From contig JAUCBJ010007822.1 in assembly GCA_032718475.1 (NCBI GenBank), positions 180,382-244,381 of the forward strand: a stretch of 64,000 nt of DNA, written 5' to 3'. The notes under the pieces are model-generated. The model had not been told where the DNA came from and made no database searches. It saw only the letters and a program-made list of their open reading frames with translations. The translations under genes and the position numbers were made by a program. Every line of letters begins with the position of its first letter. Position 1 is the stretch's first letter. Below, piece after piece: positions 25,201-38,410 of the stretch. Source of the stretch: Nemertoderma westbladi (lineage: Eukaryota; Animalia; Xenacoelomorpha).

Positions 25201-27937
25201 CAGAACTACAGTCAAGTTTACAGATATTTTATTGGACTGACGCGACGTTGGTTTTATTTTACATAAACAACGACACACTTGAATTCAAGACATTCGTAGC
25301 TAACCGTCGCGCAGAAATTCTAGACCGTTCAATAAAAGAGGATTGGCGACATTGTCCCGGACCACAAAACCCAGCCGATATTGCGTCGCGAGGAATGATG
25401 CCTGAGGAATTCTGTAAATCGGAAAACAAAGAATTTTGGCAACACGGACCCCAATTCTTGCAGAAATCGACACAAGATTGGCCACCGTTATATGACAACA
25501 AGTCTAACACCATCCCTAAGGACGCCGAAATCAAGAAACCAAAAAAGGGGAAGGCAAAGAAAAGGACGGCGGTCAAACTTAAGAAAAAACCGAAGGCGAA
25601 ATGGAAGGATATAACTTCAAAGGTCAAGAGAGGAAGACTTGCGAGCCTTTCTACACCAGACATATCGCCAGACGGTCAACCAGACGGTCAACCAGACACG
25701 TTACTAAACAGCCAACCAGACATTTTGCCAGACATATCACAAAATGTTTCACCGGACATTAGTAATGTATTGACTAACAGTAAAGCCGCAGTTTCCCTAT
25801 TGGAGCGGCCTTCTATTGACAAACAACCAGATACGTTACCAGACGTATCACCAGACACGTTACTAGACGGTCAACCAGACGTTTTGCCAGACACGTCACT
25901 AAATATTTCGCCGGATGTTCCGCGAAACATTTTTCCAGACATGTCACAAAATGTTCTACCAGACACTAGTAACATATTGACAAACAGTAAAGCCGCAGTT
26001 TCCCTATTGGAGCGGCCTTGTATTGACAAACTACCAATTTTGACACACTTGAGCAACCATAAGCACGGTGAAATCTCATGTATTACAGATGTGGGTAGTA
26101 CCTACGTAAATGTAAATACAGGTGTTACTTTGCGCTCAAGAGACATACCAAACTTGCAACCTATGGTGAGACCTGGGATTAATATCGGCAGAAAAATAAG
26201 TTTACCGAAACCCACTGACCCCATAGAGTTCAAACCACCATTAACGATCGACTTACAAAGTACTGACAATCAAGGTAAGAAGACGAAGAAGGACAAATTA
26301 CTTGTAGACCCGGACGGATCAACAGTCAACAAGGGAATACTTACCGGCGGACCCGTGGGCCCTTCTAGTAAATCAAAACCTTCCAAGTTCTCCATTGACT
26401 TACCTGATGACGTCACAAATACTCACGTCGACCGTATTGTAAACTTAACATATTCTTGGACAAACGCGTGCCGAAAATTAGCGTGGATTGTACGTTTTGT
26501 ACAATACGTTAAAGGCAAACGCGACTTTACGCGTCGACTTACATTGACTGAGATTGACAGAGGTGTGAGATTAAATTAATTCGCCATTACCAACTGCGAT
26601 ATTTCGCACGCGAATTCACATCTATAAGTCAAGGTCAACCAATCAAGTCGTCACCAATACTGAGTTGGAGTCCGATTATTTATAATGGCTTAATTTGTCA
26701 TAAATCTCGGCTTCAAAACATTGACTTTAACACAAACTTTAGGTACCCAATAATAATACCGCAACACCACGAACTACAACGTGCAATGATACTGGACGCA
26801 CATTTACATCTGAAACACGCTGGAAGACACCACTGTCTTTCCTACTTACGTACAAGATTTGTATTAATTAGACCCAGTAAAGCATTAAGTTCAGTGACAC
26901 GTACGTGTATTATTTGTAAAAAGGTACATTCTAGAATAGGTACCCAAGAAATGAGTGAACTTCTACAAGCACGACTTCAAGCATTCAGACCACCTTTTAC
27001 AGAGACTGGAATTGATTGCTTTGGTCCCATACATACGAAACGTGGACGTATACTAGTAAAACGCTGGGGACTGATTTTCACATGTATGTCCAGTAGGGCA
27101 GTTCATATCGAACGTGTGATGGATCTTTCCACCAACGCGTTTATACTAGCATTGCGGCGATTTATCGCTAGACGCGGACTAGTGAAATGCTTGTACTCAG
27201 ACCAAGGGACAAACTTTGTTGGTGCTCGAAATAAGATTGCTAGAGCCTTTAAGAAATTAGATCATGATCAAATCTCGAACGAACTACAACCTCACAAGAT
27301 TGTTTGGAAGTTTAATCCTCCAGATAGTCCATGGAGAGGCGGAGTCTGGGAGAGATTGATTAGATCTATAAAGACAGCCATGGCAAAGGTCATTCCAGTA
27401 AACCACATATTGACAGACGACCAACTGACTACATTGTTTGTTGAAATCGAGGCAATACTAAATACTAGACCAATAGTATTAGTACCCGATGACAAACAAT
27501 CCCAGTTTGCTTTAACACCGGCACACCTGCTTATGCAGGCACCGACCACATTAATGCCTATTTCAATTCCAACAGAAAGCGACAGCTACGGTAGAAAAGC
27601 GTGGAAAATCACGCAACTACTAGCTAACAAATTCTGGGAAATATGGCAAAACCATTATTTGCCCTCTATTTCTGCCAGAACAACTTGGTACAATAACACC
27701 CGCGCATTAAAGCCGGGAGATCACGTGCTGTTAGCAGAGGTGAATCTAAAAAGACGCTTCTGGATAACAGGTGTAATTTTAGCCACACATCCATCTATGG
27801 ATGGAGTGACAAGAACTGTGACGGTACGGACAATTGACGGTCGTACAGTAGACAGACCGACTCAACGTCTCGTACTTCTTGAAGAGACTCGTAACGAGTC
27901 TGGAGACTACAAATCTCCAACAAATGTTAGTAAATAA
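19248..27937 (+). CDS. B Gag-Pol polyprotein (Gag, aspartic protease, RT, RNase H, integrase); one frameshift near 26575
   Basis: PPKFSGSSKHW, CCHC knuckles, ILDSAS, YYLPHH..KVRVVND, FYVDD, LHCFSDAS, PRAELQAA, NPADIASRG. Integrase HHCC, GIDCFGP, SDQGTNF and GGVWERLIRS are in ORF 26786-27937. Confidence 0.93.
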
Positions 27938-28602
27938 TTAGGAGTTTACAAATAGATTTCCACGTACCTGTACACCGTAGTAAGGACAGCGGTAGATTTC
28001 CATTGTCTTTATATGTGAACATTGAGGGTAGTACCCTTATGTATCACATAGGAGCGGGATTTGTAGGTATAAGAAATGGAATTCTACTTGGAACTCACAA
28101 TATTGAGACATTTTCGAAATTTTAGACAATCCATTTGGATTTGAAAAAATTTTTAAAATTTTCTCCAGTGAATAGATTCCAGGGTACAGTCGGGTGGAAC
28201 TTAAAATTAGAGAAACAAGAGAGGAAGACTTGCGAGCCTTTCTTAAAATTTTAATTAAATTTTACACGGTCTTGTTTCAATAAGTTACATCAAATAAATA
28301 GACTCCCCTATATTTATTACTAATTCTTGACTGCTTATTTTCTGATAATAGTTTGGGATCAAAAGGTGAGTATTTTAGACTCACAGCCAGTTTAGCCCAA
28401 ATTCGTTTTTTATTTCGGCAAAAAATTTTAGATAAGAAGCAGCGTGTCATTAAAGAAACCTTAGATCTTAGGCTATGGGTAGGAGGTTAGAGCGTTGTCG
28501 AGCCAAAAGGGCAGACGAAAACTCTCACGTCTCCTCACAACTAACCACAAACTCTGTTGTATTCCCTCTAGTAGTAATGATTATGTAACTACACCTCTAA
28601 TT

Positions 28603-29591
28603 ATGGAGAAAGGGATACAAGGAGAGCCGAGATGGGGATATGATATCCAAGAGGAAGCGGCAGCTTCATTCGAACGATTTGGAGCAAAAGACTACACTAT
28701 ATTTGGTATAAAGGAATTATCAGAAAGTACAGCGAAGCTCGCAAAGACAGCAATGCCTTTACTCGAGCAGGATTTAGCATATTTCGAGACGTGTATCTTC
28801 GCTGTGCGGGATCTCTTATTGAAAGACCATCTATGTTTACATTGTTACCCTATGAAGGAGAACGTATCGTGGAGATTATGGATGAATCACGGCAGACGCG
28901 CGCGCCTATCGGTCACCTTGGTGATGATTTCGAAGTAACTACTACGATCACTGACGATCCTTTAGAGGAACTTCTTGAGATAGAAAGGAACCTCCCGAAG
29001 AAATCTCAGACGGAGATTCGACAACTTGAAGCAACAGATGCTATAGTTTGCATACAACCTTCAGAAACCTACCAACCCATAGACCCAGATGATTACGATT
29101 ATAGTGTGGGAGGAAGCGCTCGACCGATTGGAGATCTTATATACGAACGAGTGTGGTACCCTGCCAACACGATGTGTGGTAAATGTGGCGTCGCTGGACA
29201 TCATATGACAAAGTGCAGTGGAAAGCACATTACTACGACTCAGCTAATCTGTAGATGGTGTGGGGATCAAGGGTCTCATACCTTTTATACTTGCTGGAGA
29301 TTTATGGCTCAATGTACTTATTGCAATATAAAAGGGCATCGAGCATCTGAATGCCAACTAAGAGACATACCTTATGAACACGAATCTGTAAAACTCGTGA
29401 GAAAATTATTCGATGAGTGGGAAGATTTAGCCGACGAACATGTATCGGCACAAAGAAGACGATTTCCGATGAGGGCGCATCTTGGATTTTGGGCGGTAAA
29501 TCCCCAAACGATGATGTCGGAAGGATACATCTCCGCTATGCCCCAATTTGACAAACTTATTGAGGTAGTCGATATTTTGCCCCACGACAGT
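28603..29591 (+). pseudogene. B extra 3' ORF, N-part with three zinc knuckles (interrupted by A2; frameshift near 28800-28830)
   Basis: CGKCGVAGHHMTKC, CRWCGDQGSHTFYTC, CTYCNIKGHRASEC; rejoins 41976-42689 in frame. Confidence 0.75.
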
Positions 29592-30849
29592 TGTTCGCGC
29601 TTTCAGACCTTTGGCAGTTTAACCCGCCAAATTAGGATGTCTTCTAGATAATAAATCGCTTTAGCCTCTAACAAGTATTTGATTCACTACACTAGTTGAA
29701 ACCAATCTGTGCGCGATCATTCACCCGTTGGATATACCCGGGAGATTGACTTCGACGGCTTAATCGTATTGCTATGTAAGCCTAATGTATTATTCGACTG
29801 ACAGTATTATATAATCTCTGACAATATTATTCACCTTCGAGGAATATTAACAGTTCCTTTAGGACGTGGCGCTCTATCTATATAAACAGAGTTATGACTT
29901 AAACTACTCACAACGATATGGCTTAGTTACAATTCACATATATGGCGCATTCTTTAGGAAATGCTTCGTTATCAGTCTCACTCATACACAATGCTGCACA
30001 ATACTGCACACTGATCTGCCGATCTTCACTGATTTTAGTCACATATAAAAGGAACACAGACCGAATCATGTAGGGTCTATCAAATAACATTAGATTCACT
30101 TCAAACCACTTTAACATAAGTCACAATCGTTATATGTAACCTCTCTCTCTTACCTTCGGTATATCAAGAATATTGGGTTTTCGGGGTTATTTCTTGTTAT
30201 TCCAAATATAATAATTCATCAACCATATTATGAAGAACCGACAGTAAATAGCAGTATAACAATATAAAAGTATGCACAGGTTGTTTGATTAGGTATGGTG
30301 TGTTATGTTATGGTATGCAGGATTGAATTGATAACGGATATATGTCCTTATAATTAAGCCTACTAGTGTAAGGCTAAAGCAGAAAAGCACAAAAATACTC
30401 CAAAGCCGTTCTTCCTGGCTTAGAATAACCAACACTGAACACTGATAAGAATAACTATAAGAATACCAGCTACCCTTATTCTACAAAGATCTCACCCACC
30501 ACAGAGAATGAGCATACAGATAGGAAATTCAGTTCAGTAGATCTGTGATAGGTCAAAATCAAAACCAACTCAAATCCTATTGGCAGATACAGAAAGCAGG
30601 GCTATGGGGCAACGTGGCAATATCAGCCGTTAGCCGTCGTCATGGTAGCGACACTGTTTTCAAGAGTATCGAGCTTTTTACGTCACGAAATTGCAGATTA
30701 TGTCCTCTAAAGTACAAATACAGAAGAAATGGCTTTTATGTCCTCCAAAACACCAGTACAGCAAGGACACGGCCTTTTTATGCCTGGTAAACCAACCACA
30801 GAGTACTTTACGGGGATAATAACCGGCTAATTACGCAAAAGCTTTTACA
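29592..30849 (-). repeat. A2 3' LTR
   Basis: Near-identical to 40713-41970; preceded on the minus strand by tgggagcgg. Confidence 0.95.
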
Positions 30850-30926
30850 CCGCTCCCAGAAAATGGGATTTAAGTCTATAAAATATAACAAATCACAGTT
30901 TCTAAAATATAAAGATACTCTAAACA

Positions 30927-32256
30927 GTTAGTCTTTCTTACGCAGACGGCGTTTACGCAGTTTTTTGAGGCTAGCAAGAGTCCTTTTCTCTTTGGGGCGA
31001 GCCACTTTACTAGGAGGGCTATAAATCATGGGTGAAGGGTGCAATATGATTGCATCAGAAGGTGTAGGATTATGGTCGGGGTATCCGCCGTTTCTATATG
31101 CTTCTCCTCGAGCTGATTTTCCTTCGCTCGTAGCTGGATACGTTCATCCAAAACTCTCGCAGAGAATAGGGTTTTCTAAGCTTGATATCTTCTTAGAGAT
31201 TCGAGATTTCCCAATCGAACTGAGATAAGGCCAATTCGCTTATCGATTGGACTTACTGTTATAACTTACGTTTATCTGAACAAACGCAGGTTTCTTTTTT
31301 GATCTTTATAGAATAGCGTTTAACTCGTTTCGTACAACGCTCTCCTTCACCTTGATGAAGGGTTGTATCGCGTTAAACGGGAACGACCATACGGTTGGAT
31401 AGTGATATTAGGTGTCCGCGTCACAATCCGGCTAGGTAAGATGGGCGACTAGCTAGAAATCACTGTCGGAGTGTTACCGATTAATTGTTAGGGTAGCACT
31501 AGATCTTTGAACAGTGAATACAGTCCGCGAGGATCCGAGACACCACCAGGATCGCAGGTCTGAGGTCCAACTAAGGAATGAGGAGGTTTGACCGAGTATT
31601 CCGGGACTCTGATCGTAGGTTTACTCCAGGATCGTTCGAGCCGAGTGAGCATAGGTGGTACGTCAAACAAATTTCGCTCGAAACTCCAGTAAATATAACG
31701 AGCACAACTGTGTTTAACACAACGTTTCCGTGGATGTTTATGTCTTTCCGTTTATTAGCTGGGTCTAGGGCATTTATCGTAATAATACCAAAGACGCACG
31801 TCTTGTAGGGGAAACGCGGATGATATTTATTTGTTGTTACAATGCTTCTATCAAGAATTCCAAATATATGTTGGAGTTACCGCGTTTATTTGTTTCTTTA
31901 ATGTCTTTTCTTTCGAGTCGATTTCGAATAGGATTTTCGCATTAGAATTTTGGTTTATCGTTTCGACTCCTCTGGGTAGGATATGTTCGACATAGTCCGT
32001 ATCGTGTAAATCGATAGAATGGCCAATGGTTAAGAAGTCCATATACATACCATTACAATGCGTGTAGTGAGCGGTGAATTTTCCATAGTCCAATTCACGC
32101 GTAAGTTACTTCCAGGAAATCGTAGGTTCGATATAACGACCATCATCCTTCGTAGTAGTTGGACTAGTATCACCGCGTATCAAGTTATCAACAAACGCTT
32201 GAAAGTAGAATATATCGCTCCCTGATACCAAGACCATCTTCTATCAACTCCGTCAT
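30927..32256 (-). pseudogene. A2 3' accessory ORF, disrupted
   Basis: Homologous to 14521-15918. Confidence 0.5.
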
Positions 32257-34090
32257 ATCTGCTATATATGAGTTTATTAATATTATAATGAGTTTATATT
32301 TAGGCTAGCGAGCGTCGCTGCCTACCCCAATCAGCCCCCGGACAGTGCAAGATCCTCAGCACCGATGTGTCGTCGCCGTTGTACTTTCGCCAACGACGTA
32401 GCCACACAACGACAACGACAACCGGCACAAGTCACTCGACTGTCCGTCCCAAAGGCTTAGATACACCTCAGGTTCTTACTGGAGAGTTAGGGTTACTTTC
32501 ACAATTGCGACTCGCTACTGTAAACACACCTTAGTAGTAACATTCACCTATAAACTCACGAATACCACACAACTTGTCACAACTACACACATTCGGGTCA
32601 TTTGTCTGTTAGTCAATGCCTTCCAGAATGTCACTGTATTATTATGTATCCTTGGATACTAGCAGTGCGCTATTTATTCCCTATGCTATTCAATGGGACA
32701 AGCTTTCTATTGTTCTTTTAACTCAATTCTAATTCTAGCGTGGTTGTTGCTATGGTGACATTATGCAAAGCTAGCGGTAGAATTAGGGTAATTCCAATGC
32801 ATACAGATCTGGGATGTTATTTAATAGTAATTCTTTAATGGTCAATGTCCTGTTTTATACATGACTTTATGAATTTTATCGGCTATTGACTATGTTTGGA
32901 AGACTTTCGCACACTCATACACATAATAAGATAAATCTCCGCTCCCTTGATCTAATAATTAATGGAATTTTGGGAATGTTATAAATTGCGTAAAAATGGC
33001 AATTTATTAAATTCATTAAAAGGCATGAATTTAAATTTATTCCCTGAAATTTTATTATTTGATAATTAAATTGACATATTTTGATTCTAGAATATGTCTG
33101 GGGACACAAGATCCTTAATTCTATGACAATTGTCTTTTTAAGAATATCGGTAAATGCTACGATATCTTAATTGACTAGAATTGTTGAAGGATCTGAATTT
33201 TACAGATTTTGATTTATTAGATTTGCAAATATTAAATAATTAATATTTGAGATGGGCACCAATTTATTCCAGAACTTGTCTGGGGACGTTAACCACTGAT
33301 TCTAAAATTTGTCTTTCAAGTATATCGGTGGGTGCCGCGATATCTTAATCGACTAGAATTACAGATGGTCAAAAGGTTTAACAGATTTATTTTGCGTTAT
33401 ACGCTACTGTTAAAGGGACATCACGCTACTATATGTATTATTTAATATACGGTATGAGAGCAATATCGCACGAAGCAATGTCAGTGTGAAGAGGCAAGTC
33501 GTTTCCAAGGTCTACCCAGAGCTTGGTTTAGCCGAGACACGAGGATCTGAACTTTGCATTCCTAATACTCTGCCTACCAATAATACTTGAATATAGTAGT
33601 GGCTTTATTGTACTTTAATAAGTACGGACATTTCATCTTACTGTAGTTACGTATTTGTAATGTAATACGGACAGTAAGGAAGAAGGAAAAGAATTATTTC
33701 TTGCCGTCGCACTAAATATAATATATACGTAATTACGTACGCAATAAACACGAATATATTGCACTATTCTACTAAATAATCGCTAAATAAGATTCTACTA
33801 AATTAAATAAAACGATTATAATAAAATTACGTAGTAATACATACATAAATATAAAAATAATAAAATAATATAAAATAATAGAGTCACACACCCACTCCAT
33901 ATGTTGTTACGTTATGGAGTCCCTAGATGCTTGAAGGATTAGGGAGGTGGTCGTGGGAAGAGAATCTTGCCTTCCACAGTTTCCGGAGAGTCCTCCATTC
34001 CCTTCCGGTAAACACAAACGACCGACTGGGTGATTGAGTCGCTGCATCCCGAATACAATTCCAGGTTTCCTCTTCGTCCTGGAATAGTGA

Positions 34091-37000
34091 CTAAGTACGC
34101 TCTAAGTACACGACGGCCTTACAAAGCCGATTCCAGGAGCTATAGTGGTCCGTCGCTCCCTGCAGGAGAGGTGAGAGTCCCTGCGAAACGTCTGATGTTC
34201 CAGAGCTCCAATCGCTCTCTCTGATCTTCATGAAGGATCCACTCGCGGTGGGGAGGTCCAGATCCACGGCGTCGTCCCTGGCAATATGTAATACCGACAG
34301 ATCTATCCTGGGTTCAAATAACTCCGATCCACCCGTCCGGGTTTTAGGTTTGACTTTCTCCGCTCCCTTGGCTGGTCTAATCTCAGTCAGAGTAAGATGG
34401 GGAGGCCATTCATCCTCCTTACTCAGGAAGTCGGGTTCACCTAACCGGTCTGTAGTATCTGTCAGTTCTTGAGGAGTTGCTCCTCCGGAAGCGATGTCAG
34501 TTGGATTAAACTTCTTGGGGCAATATCTCCATTGATCTACATTGGAGCTAAGATTGTCATTATCTGAGGAGTGTGGTGTTCCCTCAGTTGGGTCGTCTCC
34601 CTCACTAGTATCATCTTCCCCTTCACTCACCTGGCGGACGCGATCTTGAAGCAGTCTTTCTCTGAGCGTTCTTCGGGAAGGTCCAGTAAGGTACCAACCT
34701 ACTCTAGTTCTTACCGCATAGGTCTGGAGTGGTTGCGGTTGAGTAGGTCGTTTCTCTAATGTCTCCAGCGCCTCATGCGCGTTTTGACCGATTAATATTT
34801 GTACTCCAGGATAATCGGTGTCGAATCTAGGAATGTTAAGTTGTTGGGCATGATCATCTTCGTCCCAATTATAAGGTTCCACTTGGGTGGTAGCGAAGTT
34901 CTTTATTGCCACCATTTTGACTGACCTTATACTGTATTCTCCTAGTTTATCCTGTGGAGTGGACAACTCACCTATATAATAGTCGGCAGCTACAGTAGAA
35001 TTCCAAACCTGCATGATCCCTGACATGTTTAGCTTGGTTCGGAACTTGGGTTGTCCAGCAAAGATGGCTTCGGCTAGTTCTTTATCGATGAATGTTCCTG
35101 TGCTACCGGAGTCCAGGAGGGCGTTCACTATATAGCTCTTCTGAGGTCCGTGGACCCGTAACTGGACTACAGGAAATTCTCGGATTCCTATATTGGAAGT
35201 TGGCGCTTTCCAAGATGGTTGTTGATCAGAAGTAGTTAAGGTAAGGTCGCTGTCTGTGTCTTTCTCATGCATGAGTGCTCGATACACTGCGGTGGTGTTT
35301 ATTAGGTAACAGGATTCGTTTTGGTCGGAGAACTCGTCCGTATAGAATCCTTCCATCTCAGATTGATCAGTGTCGTTCACATCACTGAATTGGACATGTA
35401 GTTCGGACTCACTTACCTGACTCGGGCTGTTTCGTTCGAATTCCGTGTGCAACAAGATATGATGTTTTGCGCCGCACTTTGCACACCTTGCGTCGGAGTA
35501 ACAGGTTCGCCGTTGGTGTCCTCGTCTGAGGCAATTATAACACAACCGCTTATCCCACATGACTTCACGTCTATCCTCGAGTGATTTTCTCAGGAATTCA
35601 TCACACACATTCAAACGGTGGGGCCCGTCGCACAGCACACATTTCGGCTTGATGTTACTTACCTTAACCTGTGCTATGTGGTGCACACTTGTTCTTTCCT
35701 CGGGCTTTCTCACCTGAATTCTTTTAGGAGACGTAGGAGGGTTTTTTTGTACCGGTTCCCTTCTGTCATTGGGTCGAGACTTGGATTTACTTACCTGATC
35801 TTTAGGCATTTTATTGACATAATAAGACCTGTCAGTGTCTTTCCCGCTGTCCTCTCCTTGAGAGGTTTGGCTTTCACCGTCGTCGGTATAACATACTGGT
35901 GTTACCCTTCTCCTAGAAACGGGTTTCTCACTTACCTTACTTTCCGCTGTCTTCTCTCTGGACTGCTTTATGAGCTGTAATTTCACCTCGCTATCCAAGA
36001 ATGACATGAGATCAGCCATGGTAGGGTCTCGTTATTGTTGTTCCATCATATATAACACTTTCTTGTCCCAGCGTGTACCTACTCCACCCTTCGGTAAAGT
36101 AGAAGCCACTGCTCTAATAACCATAGCACTCTGATACTCATGAGACTTACCTAGCCAATCTAATTGTCTGCAGATCTCCTGAATTTCATCGGAAAACTCT
36201 ATAATCCCGCTGCTAATAAACTTTCGGGGTGCTACCAACTTTGCATACAAATACCCAGCTATGTTATTCCTATTACCATACCTGATGTTTAGTGTATCCC
36301 AAACTTGTCTTAATCCGTCTGGATGTCCAATAAACTTTAACGCCATTAGCTTGGGAGATCCTTCTAAGCACTCGATGAGGAATCTAAGTTTCTCTCCATT
36401 AGACAGTACAGAGTTCTGTATGTTATCTTTGTAATATTCATTAAAAGGTAACCATTTCATCTCATCTCCATTGAACTTGACGATCTCTCCCACCTTTACC
36501 GCTTGCCGGGCTTCGGTTCTAGCCATTTGACGCGTAAAACTTTCTTGGGCCATCGTGTTATTTAATATCGAGTTATCGGTATATAAATTTCTCGGATTAT
36601 GATCAGCTATATAGGGAATGTCATTATCAACAGGTCTATAATTACCCTTAATAGGGTTCACTATAGGAGTTTCGACTTCGCTAGCAGTGTATATGCGTGT
36701 AGGCTCCACACCTTGCGCATGAGATACTTCAGACCTAACAGGTTGACACATTGTTACAGGGGGTGGTGGTATACTCTTTTGTGTGTTCACTAATTTATCG
36801 CGCTCTAGCGCGATACTTTGCTGCACTTCTTGCAACTCTAGTCTACTTTCCCTTACTGTGCCCTTGAATTGCTGAACAGTCTCCTGCATCTGCCCGAGCA
36901 GGAGATCCATCCCCCGCCCTCTCTCGTCCACCCATTCGACCGCCGAAGCGGGAGTCGCCAACGTTGTAGCGGGCGGACGAGGGACAACGGGCGACAAATC

Positions 37001-38410
37001 ATGGATATTTCGCTCGGAGTCCAGGGCATGAACTGTCTCACGGACTGTTCTGCTGGGCACAGGTAGCTTAGTGCTGTGCAAAGGGAATTGAGAGGTAGGT
37101 TCAGGGAGTACAGGTGTCTCTACGACCGAAAGGGTGGCTTCGGGAACAGACCTAACTATTTCGGGCTCATCTACTATAGTAGGGAGTCTCTCTATTGTAA
37201 TTATTTGGTCTGTGGGTTCTGTACTACCTAAGTTGGTGTTATTTAGTTGCCTTCTAACAGCTGGAGGCAAATCAGGCAATTTTTGACGGTGGGATGTTCT
37301 TTTGCGTCTGCTTAGGCGAGATCGATTTCCTTTGCCTTCAGTATCGGTGGTATCGCCTTCCTCAGATGATGTATAACCCTGTCTTTTGGGAGTAGATCGA
37401 TTCATCATCTGCATATTACTAGCTGTTAACTGTTTACTGAAGTCGTCTTGCTTCTCTTGAAGATTTTCCAACTCCAGTTGGGCGATCTCTTCAGCCGCTC
37501 TCCGTTCTGCTTCCGCCACCGCTGCCGCTTTTGCCTCTGCCGCTGCCGCTTTTGCCTCTGCCGCTGCCGCTTTTGCCTCTGCCGCTGCTTCTGCTGCTGC
37601 CACTTTTGCCTTTGCCTCTGCTTCTGCTGCTGCCGCTTTTCTTTCTGCCTCTGCTTCTGCTGCTGCCGCTTTTGCCTTTGCCTCTGCTTCTGCTGCTGCC
37701 GCTTTTCTTTCTGCCTCTGCCACTGCTGCTATCTTTCTGTCTTCTATAAGTTTTTTCCTTACTTGTTCTTCTTGGTCTCTAGCGATGCGGAGTTGTTCAT
37801 CGAATTTAGCCTGGTTCGCCGCTAACATTTCCGCATCGATTGCGTCCAGCACAAGCTTGGTTCCTTCACTATTAGGGCTAAGTCCATCTAACCTTCTCCT
37901 CAACTCGTCATCACCTAAAAAACGTTGATAGTCTGACAGATAGATGTCAATGGCATCTCTCTTTTGCGGCCCCTCCGCTGTCCCTTCGCTTTCTTCTTGA
38001 GAAGAAGTGGCGTCGGTTGATTCTTCATAGGTTGGCCGCTCATCATAAACCTTATCCACCATCTTCGCTCCGCGTTCGGGCGTCCGCTCATCAGTATCCG
38101 AACTACTGGAGCTATCGGGCCGCTGAAAACTAGGTTCTTGGCTAGGATGTTGCTGCTGTTTGACAGCTGCTTCTTGATCCCGCTTGACTTGGGCCCGAGT
38201 GCCGATGATAGACCTACGATGTTGGACTAGCCTAGGGTCTGAGATTACTACAGTAGGGATGGCCTTTCTTACAGCAGGAGGTGACTTCGACTTGGATCTA
38301 GGATGTTCTATACTTGGATCTGGGTCACTGATCTTTTTAAGACACTGTCTAACAGTCATTCTAACACTATCTAGGAGACTATCCGACAGTGATTGGGTTG
38401 TGTCAGACAT
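34091..38410 (-). pseudogene. A2 Gag-protease polyprotein with one premature stop (36032-36034)
   Basis: ORFs 36032-38410 and 34091-36019 are in frame and collinear with the A1 protein; CAA>TAA in the QQQ run. Confidence 0.88.

Noticed and set aside
26570-26585. Programmed frameshift before the B integrase
   Set aside because: No canonical slippery heptamer or downstream structure seen. BEL Gag-Pol is normally one ORF, so an indel or sequencing error is more likely.
37448-37825. Cys-rich and Leu/Pro-rich ORFs (also 9011-9313 and 53822-54114)
   Set aside because: Antisense shadows of the GCA/GCG/GAA-rich Gag Ala-Glu repeat.
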